A stretch of DNA of 53,519 nucleotides from Acidobacteriota bacterium (GCA_016178075.1 JACOUA010000042.1:1-53519); one strand, 5' to 3'. Counted from the stretch's first letter, positions 37,607 through 47,884 are shown. A program made the numbers and translations. The notes: a model not told the origin generated them from the letters alone.

Positions 37607-37869
37607 TTATTTACCAGGTTCGAGCCGACTCAGGAACTCAGCCGCCACCGCCTGCACCGGCCGGTGGCGGCCGTCGACCACATGGCGAGCGCCTGACAGA
37701 TGAGCGCGATATCCTGGACCCGCGACCGCTGGCCGCCGGACAGCTCGTGCGGGCGCCCCGATCCGAACACCGCCGGCGCCAGGCCGACGAGATCCAGCAA
37801 CTCGTCGATGCGCTGCCGCACGCGCGCCTCGCCCCATGGCTCGAGGCGCGGGACGACCGCGACGTCCGT
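37607..37869 (-). pseudogene. Collapsed remnant of an osmoprotectant ABC transporter (ATPase middle + binding-protein tail)
   Basis: DVAVVPRLEPW..ARVRQRIDELLDLVGL...PHELSGGQRSRV (no start, no Walker A/B), then in another frame VDGRHRPVQAVAAEFL. Confidence 0.7.
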
Positions 37870-37879
37870 TCATGCAACA

Positions 37880-38587
37880 CTAGAAGCCGAAGAACACGCC
37901 AGCCGCCCCACCACCGCGGCGCCGCGCCTTGCCGGCAGGATTGAACCCGCGGCTGATCATCTCCATCCGTCCCTGGACACGGAGCCCTGCCGCTTTCAGG
38001 AACCGATCGCGCCGCGCGAGGAAATAGTACTTGACGCCGGCGCCCGCATGGAACGATCGGCCGCTCTCGATGAGCGCGTGGCCATCGTCCACGTCGCGCA
38101 GATAGGCCCCGCCCGCGTCGACGAAGGGCAGCCCTCGACCGCCAGCAAAACGCAGAGCCCGCAGATGGAGGAGCACGCTGCCCTCGAACGAGTATCGAGA
38201 GAGGCGCTGGTCGAGCATGAACGTCGTGCCGGATCTCTCGACGTCGGATTGTACCGTCGTCACAACCGACGGCCGGTTGAGGGACATCGCGCCCTCGACC
38301 GCAAGGCCACGGCCGAGCGCGATGGCCAGTCGGCCGCTCACCACGCCGGCCCGCCGCATCTGGGTGCTCGTGTGAAACAGCACGAACGAGTCGGCTGTGC
38401 GGCCGGCGCCGTTCGCGGTCAGCGTGGCGTCCCGATCACCGAACTTCGTTCCGCCGTCTACTCCGAAAGACGCGCTGACCTCGACTCTCGCCGGTGCCGG
38501 GGCTCCCGCGCCCTGCGCTTGAGCTGAGCGGCCGGCGGCCAGGCACACGATCAACCACGACGCGACGAGAGCCAGCCGTCCGTTCAT
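37880..38587 (-). CDS. Putative outer-membrane beta-barrel protein
   Basis: Signal peptide, amphipathic strands, C-terminal Phe (VFFGF). Confidence 0.65.
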   Translation of the reverse strand: MNGRLALVASWLIVCLAAGRSAQAQGAGAPAPARVEVSASFGVDGGTKFGDRDATLTANGAGRTADSFVLFHTSTQMRRAGVVSGRLAIALGRGLAVEGAMSLNRPSVVTTVQSDVERSGTTFMLDQRLSRYSFEGSVLLHLRALRFAGGRGLPFVDAGGAYLRDVDDGHALIESGRSFHAGAGVKYYFLARRDRFLKAAGLRVQGRMEMISRGFNPAGKARRRGGGAAGVFFGF

Positions 38588-39600
38588 TTCCCCGTCACCT
38601 TGACTTCCAGGCGATCGGTGCCGCCACCGCCCGGCACGATGACGAGACGTTCGTAGTACGAAACGAGGAAATCCACGTCGACACGCGCGGCGTCGCTGAA
38701 AAAGCTCTCCACGCTCGCGTCATCGATCGGTTCGACCCGGACGATGTAGACCCCCGGATCGAGCGAGCCGACCGTGAAACCGCCGTCGGACTCGACCGAG
38801 AAGCCGGCCACCAGCGCCGCCGTCTGAAGATTGAACGCGATGACGTGCGCGCCGAAGACGGCACCCCCGTTCTTCGTCACTCGTCCGCTCATCGAGCCGG
38901 TGCGCCCGCGAAGCGCACCGTTGGGATACAGGTCCGACGCGCCCGCCATGTCGTCGGGCTTGAGCTCGCGAGCTGAGATGTTTCCGGCCGTGAAGGCAAT
39001 CGGAAACATGACCGCGCCGGCCGCGAGCACGCGGCGTCCGCCTTCGGGACGGAGCTCAGTCTCGCCGATGGCGGAGTGGCCGAGACCGAGCAGGTGTCCA
39101 ATCTCGTGTAGCGCCACCGATTCGAGATCGAAGCGATCCGGCTCCCCGCCCGGCGCGACCGACCACTGAAACGCAGAGTTGAAGAAGATGTCCGCCTCGA
39201 GGATCTCGCCAGATCGGGTGTCGATGAAAAAACTCGTCTGGCCGAGCACGCGATCGAGATCGGGGCGATTCGTGAACCCCAGCGTCGACACGCCGTCCCC
39301 CTGAACCGCCGCGGCGCTCGTAACACCGGCGAACTCGAAGCGGATGTCGGAGGTCTCGAGGGCCTCCCACGTTCGGAACGCACGATCGACCGCGCCCTGG
39401 AGCTGGTCGGCCGAGACTCCCACCACGCCTAGATCGCCGACGACATACCGGACTGGGATGCGATTCCATCTGAGCGAGACGATACGGTCGCCAATCCGCG
39501 TTCCGAACTTCAAGTACCCCTCGACCGGCGACACAACGCCGACCGTATAGGCAAGCGCCAGCCACGCAGCCAATCCGCGGAGCGTTTTCCGGGCGATCAC
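38584..39600 (-). CDS. Matrixin-like (metzincin) metalloprotease with C-terminal carboxypeptidase-regulatory-like domain
   Basis: HEIGHLLGLGH, Met-turn AVMFP; GTG overlaps the upstream TGA. Confidence 0.88.
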   Translation of the reverse strand: MIARKTLRGLAAWLALAYTVGVVSPVEGYLKFGTRIGDRIVSLRWNRIPVRYVVGDLGVVGVSADQLQGAVDRAFRTWEALETSDIRFEFAGVTSAAAVQGDGVSTLGFTNRPDLDRVLGQTSFFIDTRSGEILEADIFFNSAFQWSVAPGGEPDRFDLESVALHEIGHLLGLGHSAIGETELRPEGGRRVLAAGAVMFPIAFTAGNISARELKPDDMAGASDLYPNGALRGRTGSMSGRVTKNGGAVFGAHVIAFNLQTAALVAGFSVESDGGFTVGSLDPGVYIVRVEPIDDASVESFFSDAARVDVDFLVSYYERLVIVPGGGGTDRLEVKVTGK

Positions 39601-40190
39601 CGGGACGCTCCAACGGCTCGAGCGCCCCCTGCGACCTGCTCGACCAACGCCCGAACCTGCGAGACGAACGCTTCCAAGGTCGGCGGCCGGCGTTGCGGAT
39701 CCCCGCGAACCACCCGCCCGGGCGCGTTGGTCCGGCTGGCGACCGGCGGCGGCAGGACCATCGACGGCTGCCGCGCGTTCGTTCTCACCACTCTGAAGAC
39801 GCCCTGATCGAGTCCGAGCACGTATGGATAGGAAGGCCCGTTGGCGCCAACGAAGAGAATGACCTCGTCGCCTGGCGTCAAGGTTGGGGCGCCCACGACG
39901 ATGCTCCGATACGGGCCGAGCTCGCCGCCCGGCACCCGAATGACGACGAGCGGTCCGAGGTTGCCTTTGAGGTAGTCCACCACTTCGATCGCGACGAAGC
40001 TCTCGATCCGCCGACGCCCCGGCTCCCAGCGTGGCTGCACGTCGGCGACGCGTCCGTGAAAGATAGCGACCGCTCCCGCCGCCAGCTCGTCGAGCGAGGC
40101 GGGAACCACCATCGTGGCGCCCGCGCGGCGCACGCCGGCGCCGATCACGACGAAGAGGGCAACAGCAACAAGCCAGACACACCGTCGCAT
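39597..40190 (-). CDS. Secreted hypothetical protein, first gene of the matrixin operon
   Basis: GGAGG RBS, signal peptide, VPGGELG...GAP..PGDEVILF. Confidence 0.75.
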   Translation of the reverse strand: MRRCVWLVAVALFVVIGAGVRRAGATMVVPASLDELAAGAVAIFHGRVADVQPRWEPGRRRIESFVAIEVVDYLKGNLGPLVVIRVPGGELGPYRSIVVGAPTLTPGDEVILFVGANGPSYPYVLGLDQGVFRVVRTNARQPSMVLPPPVASRTNAPGRVVRGDPQRRPPTLEAFVSQVRALVEQVAGGARAVGASR

Positions 40191-40206
40191 GCGATTCCTC
40201 CGAGCA

Positions 40207-40350
40207 GCTGTAGGGGCCGGCCTTCTTTAGTGTGCGCCCCACCCCCTCGCGCACACGCGCTTCGCGCGACGCCGTTGCCACCCCAACGCGGGTGCCGCGT
40301 TGGGGACCCCGGTTTCGGGCTTGCCGCGCCGCTTCGCGGCGCAGCCCGAC
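40207..40350. repeat. Cluster of consecutive REP-like palindromes
   Basis: GTAGGGGCCGGCC; GTGTGCG..CGCACAC; CCCCAACGCGG/CCGCGTTGGGG; TCGGGCT..AGCCCGA. Confidence 0.6.
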
Positions 40351-40351
40351 A

Positions 40352-41485
40352 CTACGAGCGCCGAATCACCCTCAGCACGGCTTCGGCCGCGCGGGCGCTC
40401 GCGCCAGCTGTTCCGAGCTTCTCTCGAACGGCGTGAAGCTCCGCGCGCATTCGATCCGCACGGCCTCGATCCGTCAGAAGACCCACCGCCTCGGCGGCGA
40501 CCGCTTCAGGCGTGAAGTCACGCTGAATGAGCTCCGCCACGACGCGCCGCCCCGCCACGAGATTGACCATCGCATAGGTCGTGACGTGCACGAACGGCTT
40601 GCCGATTCGAAAGGTCAGCGAGGACAGCCGGTACACCACGACCATCGGCACACCGTGAATCGCCGACTGGACGGTCGCGGTTCCCGACGCCGTCAGTACC
40701 AGGTCCGAGGCGGCCAGCACGTCATCGGTGCGCCCCTCGACGACCGCGAGCCCCGAAACACCGCTCGCCGCGCCCTCGAACAGCTCCCCGGCCAGACTGG
40801 GCGCTCGCGCGATGACAACCTGCGCCGACGGCACGTGACAACGAATCAGCGGGACCGCGCGGATGAGGTCCGGCAGGATCCGCCGCACTTCGTTGGGACG
40901 GCTCCCGGGCAGCAGCGCGATGGTCGGGGCACTGGCGGCGAGCCCGAGCGAGGCGAGAAACCGGTCGCGCGGCTCGGCCGCGCGCGCGAGATCCAGCAGC
41001 GGATGCCCGACGAACTCCACCGGGATGCCGGCTTCTCGATAGAGCGTCTCCTCGAACGGGAAGATCACCAGAACCCGATCGGCGACCGCCTTCATCGTCT
41101 TCAGGCGGCCGCGCCGCCAGGCCCACACCTGCGGACTCACGTAGTACACGACGGGCACGCCGCGCCGTTTCATCGCGCGCGCCAGTCTGAAATTGAAATC
41201 GGGAAAATCAATCGCCACGAGGAGGTCGGGCCGCGCGCGATCCGCGCGCGCGACGAGCGTCCGATACACCTCGAGCGATCGCGGAAGGACCCGCAGAGCT
41301 TCGCTCAGCCCCGTGACCGTCAGCCCCTCGTAATGCCCGGCGAGCTCGCAGCCGGCCCGTTCGAGACGCTCTCCGCCAAAGCCCCAGGCGCGTGTTGTCG
41401 GGTCGAGGCGGCCGAGCTCGTCGAGGAGCGCCGCCGCGTACAGGTCTCCTGACGGCTCACCGCAGGAAAGAAGGATCGACGCCAT
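40352..41485 (-). CDS. lpxB: Lipid-A-disaccharide synthase
   Basis: GEPSGD, IDFPDFN, YYVSPQVWAWR, FVGHPL, LLPGSR, ASGTA. Confidence 0.96.
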   Translation of the reverse strand: MASILLSCGEPSGDLYAAALLDELGRLDPTTRAWGFGGERLERAGCELAGHYEGLTVTGLSEALRVLPRSLEVYRTLVARADRARPDLLVAIDFPDFNFRLARAMKRRGVPVVYYVSPQVWAWRRGRLKTMKAVADRVLVIFPFEETLYREAGIPVEFVGHPLLDLARAAEPRDRFLASLGLAASAPTIALLPGSRPNEVRRILPDLIRAVPLIRCHVPSAQVVIARAPSLAGELFEGAASGVSGLAVVEGRTDDVLAASDLVLTASGTATVQSAIHGVPMVVVYRLSSLTFRIGKPFVHVTTYAMVNLVAGRRVVAELIQRDFTPEAVAAEAVGLLTDRGRADRMRAELHAVREKLGTAGASARAAEAVLRVIRRS

Positions 41486-41490
41486 GAAGA

Positions 41491-41555
41491 ATTGCCGATT
41501 GGGGATTGCGGAGTGCTGAATTGATTGGCGATTCCTGATCGAGGATTGGTGGATT
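41491..41555. repeat. One-armed degenerate heptamer array (ATTGnnG)
   Basis: attgccg attgggg attgcgg ... attggcg attcctg atcgagg attggtg. Confidence 0.6.
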
Positions 41556-43810
41556 CAGGGTTTTTTGAACAAGGTGTCGTCGAGCGCCACATTGAGCTTG
41601 AGCTCGCTCACCGCTCGCTCGAGGATGGTCTGATCGCCGCGGCGCATGATCGCCTTGTAGGCGACCTGCACGCCGTCGACCATGCGGTAATCCGACAACA
41701 GCTCCTCGGTGCGCTGCGGGCCGACGGGTGTGTCGGCCACATACGTCACCTTGACGATCAGGCCGGTGGCCTTGTCCAGAAACAGCGTGACCGGGCCGCG
41801 GTCGCTTTCACCCCTCGAGAGCTCGAGCGCCTCGAGATCCCGCTCGTCCGCTCCGGTCGCCGGCCTGGCGCGCGCCTGCAGCTTGCCGGCCGCCGCTTCG
41901 ATGAGCAGCAGAATCAGGTCCCGCTGCGCGCTCGCGTGAAACTCGTCCCGCATCGGCGGCGGCGCATCGTGCACGCCCGTCGGATCCTTGATCCAGGCCT
42001 CGCCCCCGGCGAACGTCTCCACGATTTCCCCCTGCGGCAGCTTGGCCTCGATGCGAAAACGATCAGGGTAGGCAATCAGCGTTCGGGTCTCGGCCTCGAC
42101 AGGGCCCTGCGGCGTCATCAGCCTGGTGGTGGCCGTGGCGGTCAGCGTGCGGACGCCCTTGAGCTTCTCGAGACCGCCCTTGGCTTTGGCGGCCCGCTCG
42201 ACGAGGGCTTTGCCTCGAGACAGGTCCTCAGCGGTCGGCGGCGCCGCCGACGGACGCTTCTGGGCTCGCGACCGCGCCTGCGCAGCCCACGTCAGCTCGT
42301 AGCGGACGTCGGAATCCGTCCCACCCCCGTTGGCTTTGCCCCGCTTGAAATCCGTCGTGGTCAGGTCGAGATCCCGGAGCGACACGGTTTCGAACTTCCC
42401 GAATCCGACGCCTGCCAGCTTGGACGCGAACGCAGAAGCGTTTCCGACGAGAACGACCGAGAGCCGGTCCGGCTTCAGGAACGCCCTCGCGACCCGTGAG
42501 ATGTCGTCCACCCTCACGGCGTTCACCCGATCGCGGAACGTCTCGAGGTCTTTGAGCGGCAGCTCGTAGAAGATCGCGTTCAGGACCTGCGTGGCGATGG
42601 CATCGGGCGTTTCGATCGTGAGGGGGAAGCTGCCGCTGAGATACGCCTTGGCATCGGCCAGCTCGCTTTCGAATGCCGGCTCACGCTGCATCTTGCCGAA
42701 CTCCTCCACCATCAGGCGGAGGACTTCGGGCGTCGCCTCGGATCGCGTATCGGTCTCGGCCTTGAAGTTCCCGCTCAGCTTGAATGTTTCGAAGTCGGCC
42801 GACGCCCCATAGGTCAGGCCCCGCTCGGACCGCAACACGCGATGCAGCCGGTTGGCGCCCTCACCGCCCAGGATCTTCATCGTGAGATTGAGCGCCATGT
42901 AGTCGGGATGCTTGCGCGGCAGCCCGAGGTGACCGATCCGCACTTCCGTCTGCACCGCGTCCGGCTTGTCGACGATCACGACGCGGCGCGTCGGAGGAGG
43001 AGGTTCGCTGATCGAGACGGGTGTGATCTCCTTCCGCGGCCAGTCACCGAAGATCTTCTCCGCCGCCGTAAAGGCGTCCTTCGGAGCGATATCGCCGACG
43101 ATGGCGAGAATCGCGTTGTTCGGCGCGAAATACGCGCGATGGAAGCCCGCCAGATCGTCGCGGGTGATCTTCTCCACGGACTCCGGCGTGCCGCTGTTCG
43201 GTAACCCGTACGGATGGAAACCGTAGACGAGACGATCAAAGACCACATTGGCGACGTAGTCGGGATCCTCGTAGCTGACCTTCAGGGCCGATCGGACCTG
43301 CTGGCGCTGGCGTTCGAGCTCCTCCTGCGCGAAGGCCGGCGCGCGCGCGATCTCGGACAGCAGGCCCAGCCCCAGGTCGAAGCTGTCCTTCATCACGAGG
43401 ACATGGACAAAGGTCAGGTCGCTGCCGGCACCCGTGCTGAGCTCGCCGCCGATGAAATCGATGGTGTCGGCGATCTGCTGGGCGCTGCGCTTGACCGTGC
43501 CCTGATCCAACAACGAGGCGAGCATGCTCGCGAGGCCGCTTCGGCCTGGCGGCTCCTGCGCGGACCCGACCCGCACGAGCATCCGCATGCTGACCGCCGG
43601 CTGCTCGTGATGCTCGACCGCGATCACCTGCAGCCCGTTGGCCAGCGTCCGAATCTCGTAGGGCGGAAACTTCACGTCACGCGCCGCGAGGGGACGCGGC
43701 GGTGATTCGGACGGCCAGTTGCGCGTTTGCGCAAACGCCGGCGAACCCCAAACCGCCAGCGCGATGGGGAGCACGCCGCGCATCACACAAGCCCGCGCGA
43801 TTCGGCTCAT
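41555..43810 (-). CDS. M16B peptidase non-catalytic subunit with extra C-terminal ~230-aa domain
   Basis: LANGL, no HxxEH, RLHRVLRSERGLTYG; C-terminal AKGGLEKL... LolA-like region. Confidence 0.85.
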   Translation of the reverse strand: MSRIARACVMRGVLPIALAVWGSPAFAQTRNWPSESPPRPLAARDVKFPPYEIRTLANGLQVIAVEHHEQPAVSMRMLVRVGSAQEPPGRSGLASMLASLLDQGTVKRSAQQIADTIDFIGGELSTGAGSDLTFVHVLVMKDSFDLGLGLLSEIARAPAFAQEELERQRQQVRSALKVSYEDPDYVANVVFDRLVYGFHPYGLPNSGTPESVEKITRDDLAGFHRAYFAPNNAILAIVGDIAPKDAFTAAEKIFGDWPRKEITPVSISEPPPPTRRVVIVDKPDAVQTEVRIGHLGLPRKHPDYMALNLTMKILGGEGANRLHRVLRSERGLTYGASADFETFKLSGNFKAETDTRSEATPEVLRLMVEEFGKMQREPAFESELADAKAYLSGSFPLTIETPDAIATQVLNAIFYELPLKDLETFRDRVNAVRVDDISRVARAFLKPDRLSVVLVGNASAFASKLAGVGFGKFETVSLRDLDLTTTDFKRGKANGGGTDSDVRYELTWAAQARSRAQKRPSAAPPTAEDLSRGKALVERAAKAKGGLEKLKGVRTLTATATTRLMTPQGPVEAETRTLIAYPDRFRIEAKLPQGEIVETFAGGEAWIKDPTGVHDAPPPMRDEFHASAQRDLILLLIEAAAGKLQARARPATGADERDLEALELSRGESDRGPVTLFLDKATGLIVKVTYVADTPVGPQRTEELLSDYRMVDGVQVAYKAIMRRGDQTILERAVSELKLNVALDDTLFKKP

Positions 43811-45168
43811 TGGACGTTGCCCCTCTTGTACCCCCGGGGCAGCACCGTCAGGACGAGCCGGTTCTGCTCGGTGAAATAGGTCTTGGCGACGCGCTGGACG
43901 TCGGCCCGCGTGATGCCCATGAAGATGTCGAACTCGCCGTCGGCCGTCTTGATGTCGTTGTGAATCACGACCGCGTGGGCGAGGTGCTGGCTCTTCTGCC
44001 GGTTGCTCTCGCGGGAGGTGATGTAGTCGCGCGCGAACTGGTTCTTGGCGCGCTCGAGCTCGTGCTCGGTCACCGGCTCGGCCTTGAAACGCTCGAGCTC
44101 GGCGATGAGGGCATTCGCCGCTTCCTCGGGCGTGTGGCCCGGCTGCACGATCGCGACGGCGAAGAACAGGTTCGGGTGCTCGACGATGTTGCCGCCGCCA
44201 AACGCCGCGAGCGCAATCTGCTTGTCGTAGACCAGCGACTTGTAGATGCGGGAGCTCTGGCCGTCGGAGAGGATTTTGGACGCGATGTGCAGCGGATACG
44301 AATCCGGATGGCCGTCAAACGTGATGTGGTGCGCCACGATGACCGCCGGGAGCGGCCAGTTCTCCTCGAGTGTGACCCGGCGCTCTTTCGTCTGGGACGG
44401 CTCTTTCGGAATGTCCCGCGGCACCGGGCGCTCGGCCTTCGGCACGCGACCCAGATACCGATCGACGAGCTGCAGCGCCTGCGTCGAGTCGAAGTCGCCC
44501 ACGAGCGCCAGCGTCGCGTTCTCGGGCACGTAGTACGCGCCGTAGAACGCGCGCACGTCCTCGATCGAGGCGGCCTCGAGATCGGCCATGCTGCCGATCG
44601 TCGGGTGCTTGTACGGATGCACCGTGAAGGCCTGGTCGTAGATGATCTCCTGCAGGCGCCCGAAGGGCTGATTCTCGACGCGCATCCGCCGCTCTTCCTT
44701 GACGACCTCCCGCTCCCGCTCGAACGTCTCCTTGTTGATCTTGAGCGAGGCCATCCGATCGGCCTCCAGCCAGAGCATGAGCGGCAGATACTGCGCCGGC
44801 GCCGTCTCCCAGAACACGGTCATATCGTCGGTCGTGTAGGCGTTGCTCTGGCCGCCGACGCTCGAGATATACGACGTGTGGGCCTCCGAGTCGACGTTCT
44901 TCGAGCCCTTGAACATCATGTGCTCGAAGAGGTGCGCGAACCCGGTACGTCCCGGACGCTCGTCCTTCGAGCCGACGTGGTACCACAGCTCGAGGTGCAC
45001 GATGGGCGTCGAATGATCCTCGGACAGGACGACCGTGAGCCCATTCGGCAACTTCGTGATCTGATAGTCGAGCCGCGGCGGCCGAACCGCGGCCGAGAGG
45101 TTCGTCAACGTCAGCACCACCGTGAAGGCAAGCGCCAGCGGGAGGCACGATCCGCGCGGATGGCCCAT
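43807..45168 (-). CDS. M16B zinc peptidase catalytic subunit
   Basis: GFAHLFEHMMFKGS, NAYT, EREVVKEERR, HPY. Confidence 0.92.
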   Translation of the reverse strand: MGHPRGSCLPLALAFTVVLTLTNLSAAVRPPRLDYQITKLPNGLTVVLSEDHSTPIVHLELWYHVGSKDERPGRTGFAHLFEHMMFKGSKNVDSEAHTSYISSVGGQSNAYTTDDMTVFWETAPAQYLPLMLWLEADRMASLKINKETFEREREVVKEERRMRVENQPFGRLQEIIYDQAFTVHPYKHPTIGSMADLEAASIEDVRAFYGAYYVPENATLALVGDFDSTQALQLVDRYLGRVPKAERPVPRDIPKEPSQTKERRVTLEENWPLPAVIVAHHITFDGHPDSYPLHIASKILSDGQSSRIYKSLVYDKQIALAAFGGGNIVEHPNLFFAVAIVQPGHTPEEAANALIAELERFKAEPVTEHELERAKNQFARDYITSRESNRQKSQHLAHAVVIHNDIKTADGEFDIFMGITRADVQRVAKTYFTEQNRLVLTVLPRGYKRGNVQ

Positions 45169-45188
45169 AGTGCGACGATTATCCCACG

Positions 45189-46019
45189 TTACGGACTGAG
45201 GAAGCGAAACCCGAGCAGGAGCCAGCTTCGCGAGACGCGTTCGAGCATCTCCGCGTCGATGCGATGCTCGAGTCGGGCGAAGATCTCGACCGAGGCGGCG
45301 CGGCCGCGGAGGCGGACGCCCCCTTCGAGGCTCGATCCCTTCAGCACCCCGCGATTGGGATTGGGATCGGCGGTGCCGACCAACGTCAGATCCAGGGATC
45401 CGAAGCTGCCGACCCGATCGGTGATCGGCCGCCTGAGCGTGCCGCCGGCCGCCAGCATCCAGGTGTAGTCGACGTAGCTGCGGGTCACGGTGCGCCCGAG
45501 CATCGCGTGGCTCTCGAGATGCAGCCGCCGATCCGGCCCGAGATCCGTCACATCGATCCACCGCGCTCCAAGCAGGTTCCAGTCAACGCCGAACAGCTTC
45601 GGCCGATCGCTGAGATGGCGCGACACGTGTTGCAGGAAGCCGGCCAACTCGCCATACCGCGTCTGCCGGGACAGCGAACCGGCCAGCACGTAGTTGCCCT
45701 GCTCGGCATCGAAGCGACGCAGCTCCTTGCCCAGGATGACCTCGTAGTTGCCGACGAAGGTGAGGCGACCGTTCTCGTACTGCAGCAGGTCGATCTCTCC
45801 GCCAAAGTCCGCGTCCCAGCTGAACCGGTGATCGTGGACGAGGATGCTTTCCGCGTTCAGGTGGAACTGATAGCGCGTGAGGAAATCGAGGGTGGCCGTC
45901 GTGGGAGGCGGCACAGGCGCGGGCGGCGCATCGCCCACGATCTGCGCGGCGCAAGGAACCGCCAGACACCAGAGCGCCGCCGCCGCGGCCCAGCCGAGCG
46001 TGCGCCTAGCAGCCGTCAC
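45189..46019 (-). CDS. Hypothetical secreted/outer-membrane protein
   Basis: Signal peptide, beta-rich sequence, HVSRHLSD motif; coupled to lpxD by ATGA overlap. Confidence 0.65.
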   Translation of the reverse strand: MTAARRTLGWAAAAALWCLAVPCAAQIVGDAPPAPVPPPTTATLDFLTRYQFHLNAESILVHDHRFSWDADFGGEIDLLQYENGRLTFVGNYEVILGKELRRFDAEQGNYVLAGSLSRQTRYGELAGFLQHVSRHLSDRPKLFGVDWNLLGARWIDVTDLGPDRRLHLESHAMLGRTVTRSYVDYTWMLAAGGTLRRPITDRVGSFGSLDLTLVGTADPNPNRGVLKGSSLEGGVRLRGRAASVEIFARLEHRIDAEMLERVSRSWLLLGFRFLSP

Positions 46020-47080
46020 TCGCGCGATCCACGCCTCTCATCGGGTGAAGCGACAGATGCCAAGTGCGCTTCGAGGCTCGCGACTCGCTCCTCGAGCTCC
46101 GCGATCCGCTTCTTGAGTTCGGGAAGCTTCCGAACGACCGCCGACGACTTGAGCCACTCGCGGTTGTCGACGGCGGGATAGCCTGACACGAACGATCCGG
46201 GATCGAGGGAATTCGGGATGCCGGTCTGCGCCGTGGCCCGCGTGCCCTGACCGATCGTCAAATGTCCCGCGACGCCCACCTGCCCCGCCAGGATCACGCG
46301 GTCCTCGACGGTGCTGCTGCCGGCGATTCCGACCTGGGCCGCCAGCATCACGTTGCGACCGACGCTCACGCCGTGCGCGATCTGGACGAGGTTGTCGATC
46401 TTCGTGCCGGCGCCGATCCGGGTCTCGCCCACCGCGGGTCGATCGATCGTCGTGTTGGCCCCGATCTCCACATCGTCTTCGATTACGACGATCGCCGGCT
46501 GCGGAATCTTCTCATAGGTTCCGTCCGTGAGCGGCACGAAGCCGAACCCGTCGCTGCCGACGACGGCGCCGTTCTGGACGATGACGCGGCGGCCGAGCAC
46601 GCACCGCTCGCGGATGGACGCGTGCGCATGCAACACGCAGTCCTCGCCGATGGACGCGCCGGGACCGATCGAGACGTGCGAGGCGAGAATCGTGCGCGCG
46701 CCGATGCGCGCGCCGGCGCCGATCGACACGAACGGCGCAATCGACACCGCGTCGCCCAGGACCACATCGGCCGCGATCGACGCGTGCGGGTCGACGCCGG
46801 GCGATGGACGGCTGCTGTCGGCGAAGAGCGCCACCGCCCTGGCAAACGCGAGATAGGGCTGATCGGTTCGAAGCGCGGCGCACGGCGGGGCGGGCGCGTC
46901 GTGACCGAGGATGACGGCCGTCGCCTTCGTCGTCCGCAGGACGCCGAGATACCGGGTGTTGGCGACGAACGTGAGGTCACCGGCGCCGGCCTGTTCGATG
47001 CCCGACACGCGAGAGATGTCCAGATCGCCGTCCCCGTCGAGCCGGCAGTCCAGACGTGCGGCGAGGTCTTTGAGTTTCAT
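46016..47080 (-). CDS. lpxD: UDP-3-O-(3-hydroxyacyl)glucosamine N-acyltransferase
   Basis: Hexapeptide repeats, [27 protein letters not shown]. Confidence 0.96.
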   Translation of the reverse strand: MKLKDLAARLDCRLDGDGDLDISRVSGIEQAGAGDLTFVANTRYLGVLRTTKATAVILGHDAPAPPCAALRTDQPYLAFARAVALFADSSRPSPGVDPHASIAADVVLGDAVSIAPFVSIGAGARIGARTILASHVSIGPGASIGEDCVLHAHASIRERCVLGRRVIVQNGAVVGSDGFGFVPLTDGTYEKIPQPAIVVIEDDVEIGANTTIDRPAVGETRIGAGTKIDNLVQIAHGVSVGRNVMLAAQVGIAGSSTVEDRVILAGQVGVAGHLTIGQGTRATAQTGIPNSLDPGSFVSGYPAVDNREWLKSSAVVRKLPELKKRIAELEERVASLEAHLASVASPDERRGSRE

Positions 47081-47757
47081 GTCACCGCCGTGCGCTCGAA
47101 GAACCGCACGAGGTGTTGCAGCTGAAGCTGGGACGCCACGTGCTGCACCTGCTCGTCGCGGGCCGGCGGATCCAGCGTCGCGGCGCGGCGGAGCTCCTTC
47201 AACGCCGAGCTCGGGCGCGCCTCCCAGCTCACCTGCTGCAGGCCCTGCCGGGCGCCGCGCATCGACAGGTAATGGCCCACGACTCGAAACAAGAAGTAGT
47301 ACGCCAGGACGTTCGGACCGGGCAGCAGCACCAGCAGCAGCGAGACGATCAGGACCAGCGAGTCGAACACCAGCCACCGGCGGTGGCTCGCGAGATCGCG
47401 CTCGAGGCCCCGGCGAAGCATCCGCAGGGCATCCGCGTCCTTCATGTCCTCCGGATACACGAGCGTCGCGGTACGCTGACGCCGCAGGTGCCAGAGCAGC
47501 CGCTGCTCGGCGATGCGCTCGGCCACCCAGCGCAACACACGTTCGCGACCGCGCTGCAGCCACCCACGATCGGCGCGATCTACGTCCGCGACGTTCTCGC
47601 CCGGCGATCGAGCTTCGGCGTCTGCAATCATCTCGCGCAGCCGGACGCGCAGCCGCTCGAGCCGGCTCACGGGTGCACGATCGCCTTCACCCTCGTCCCT
47701 CTCTTCACAGTAGAGCTCGTGCCGGCCATGCCCCACGGGAATGAGAAACACCTCCAT
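47077..47757 (-). CDS. Membrane protein resembling the mitochondrial K+/H+ exchange-related (Mit_KHE1) family
   Basis: VFLIPV...LYC N-terminus; HRRWL...[25 protein letters not shown]; family recognised from memory. Confidence 0.55.
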   Translation of the reverse strand: MEVFLIPVGHGRHELYCEERDEGEGDRAPVSRLERLRVRLREMIADAEARSPGENVADVDRADRGWLQRGRERVLRWVAERIAEQRLLWHLRRQRTATLVYPEDMKDADALRMLRRGLERDLASHRRWLVFDSLVLIVSLLLVLLPGPNVLAYYFLFRVVGHYLSMRGARQGLQQVSWEARPSSALKELRRAATLDPPARDEQVQHVASQLQLQHLVRFFERTAVT

Positions 47758-47884
47758 CAACTGAACGATAGCACAGCCGCTCCGACCCATCTCTCGCCGG
47801 TCTGACGCTTGCATCACCGACGCCAGCGCCGGTCGAATGCTCCAGTCGGACGTTCATGACGGACTGCTATAATCCGAGGCCTCC

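Noticed and set aside
41555-45168. M16 pair as PqqF/PqqG
   Set aside because: Signal peptides, lpx context, 28 kb from the quinoproteins and no pqq genes; M16B pairs are widespread
43702-45468. Long antisense ORFs (also 14298-15965, 421-1638, 19431-20681 and many others)
   Set aside because: Shadow frames of high-GC genes; no motifs, Arg/Ala-rich
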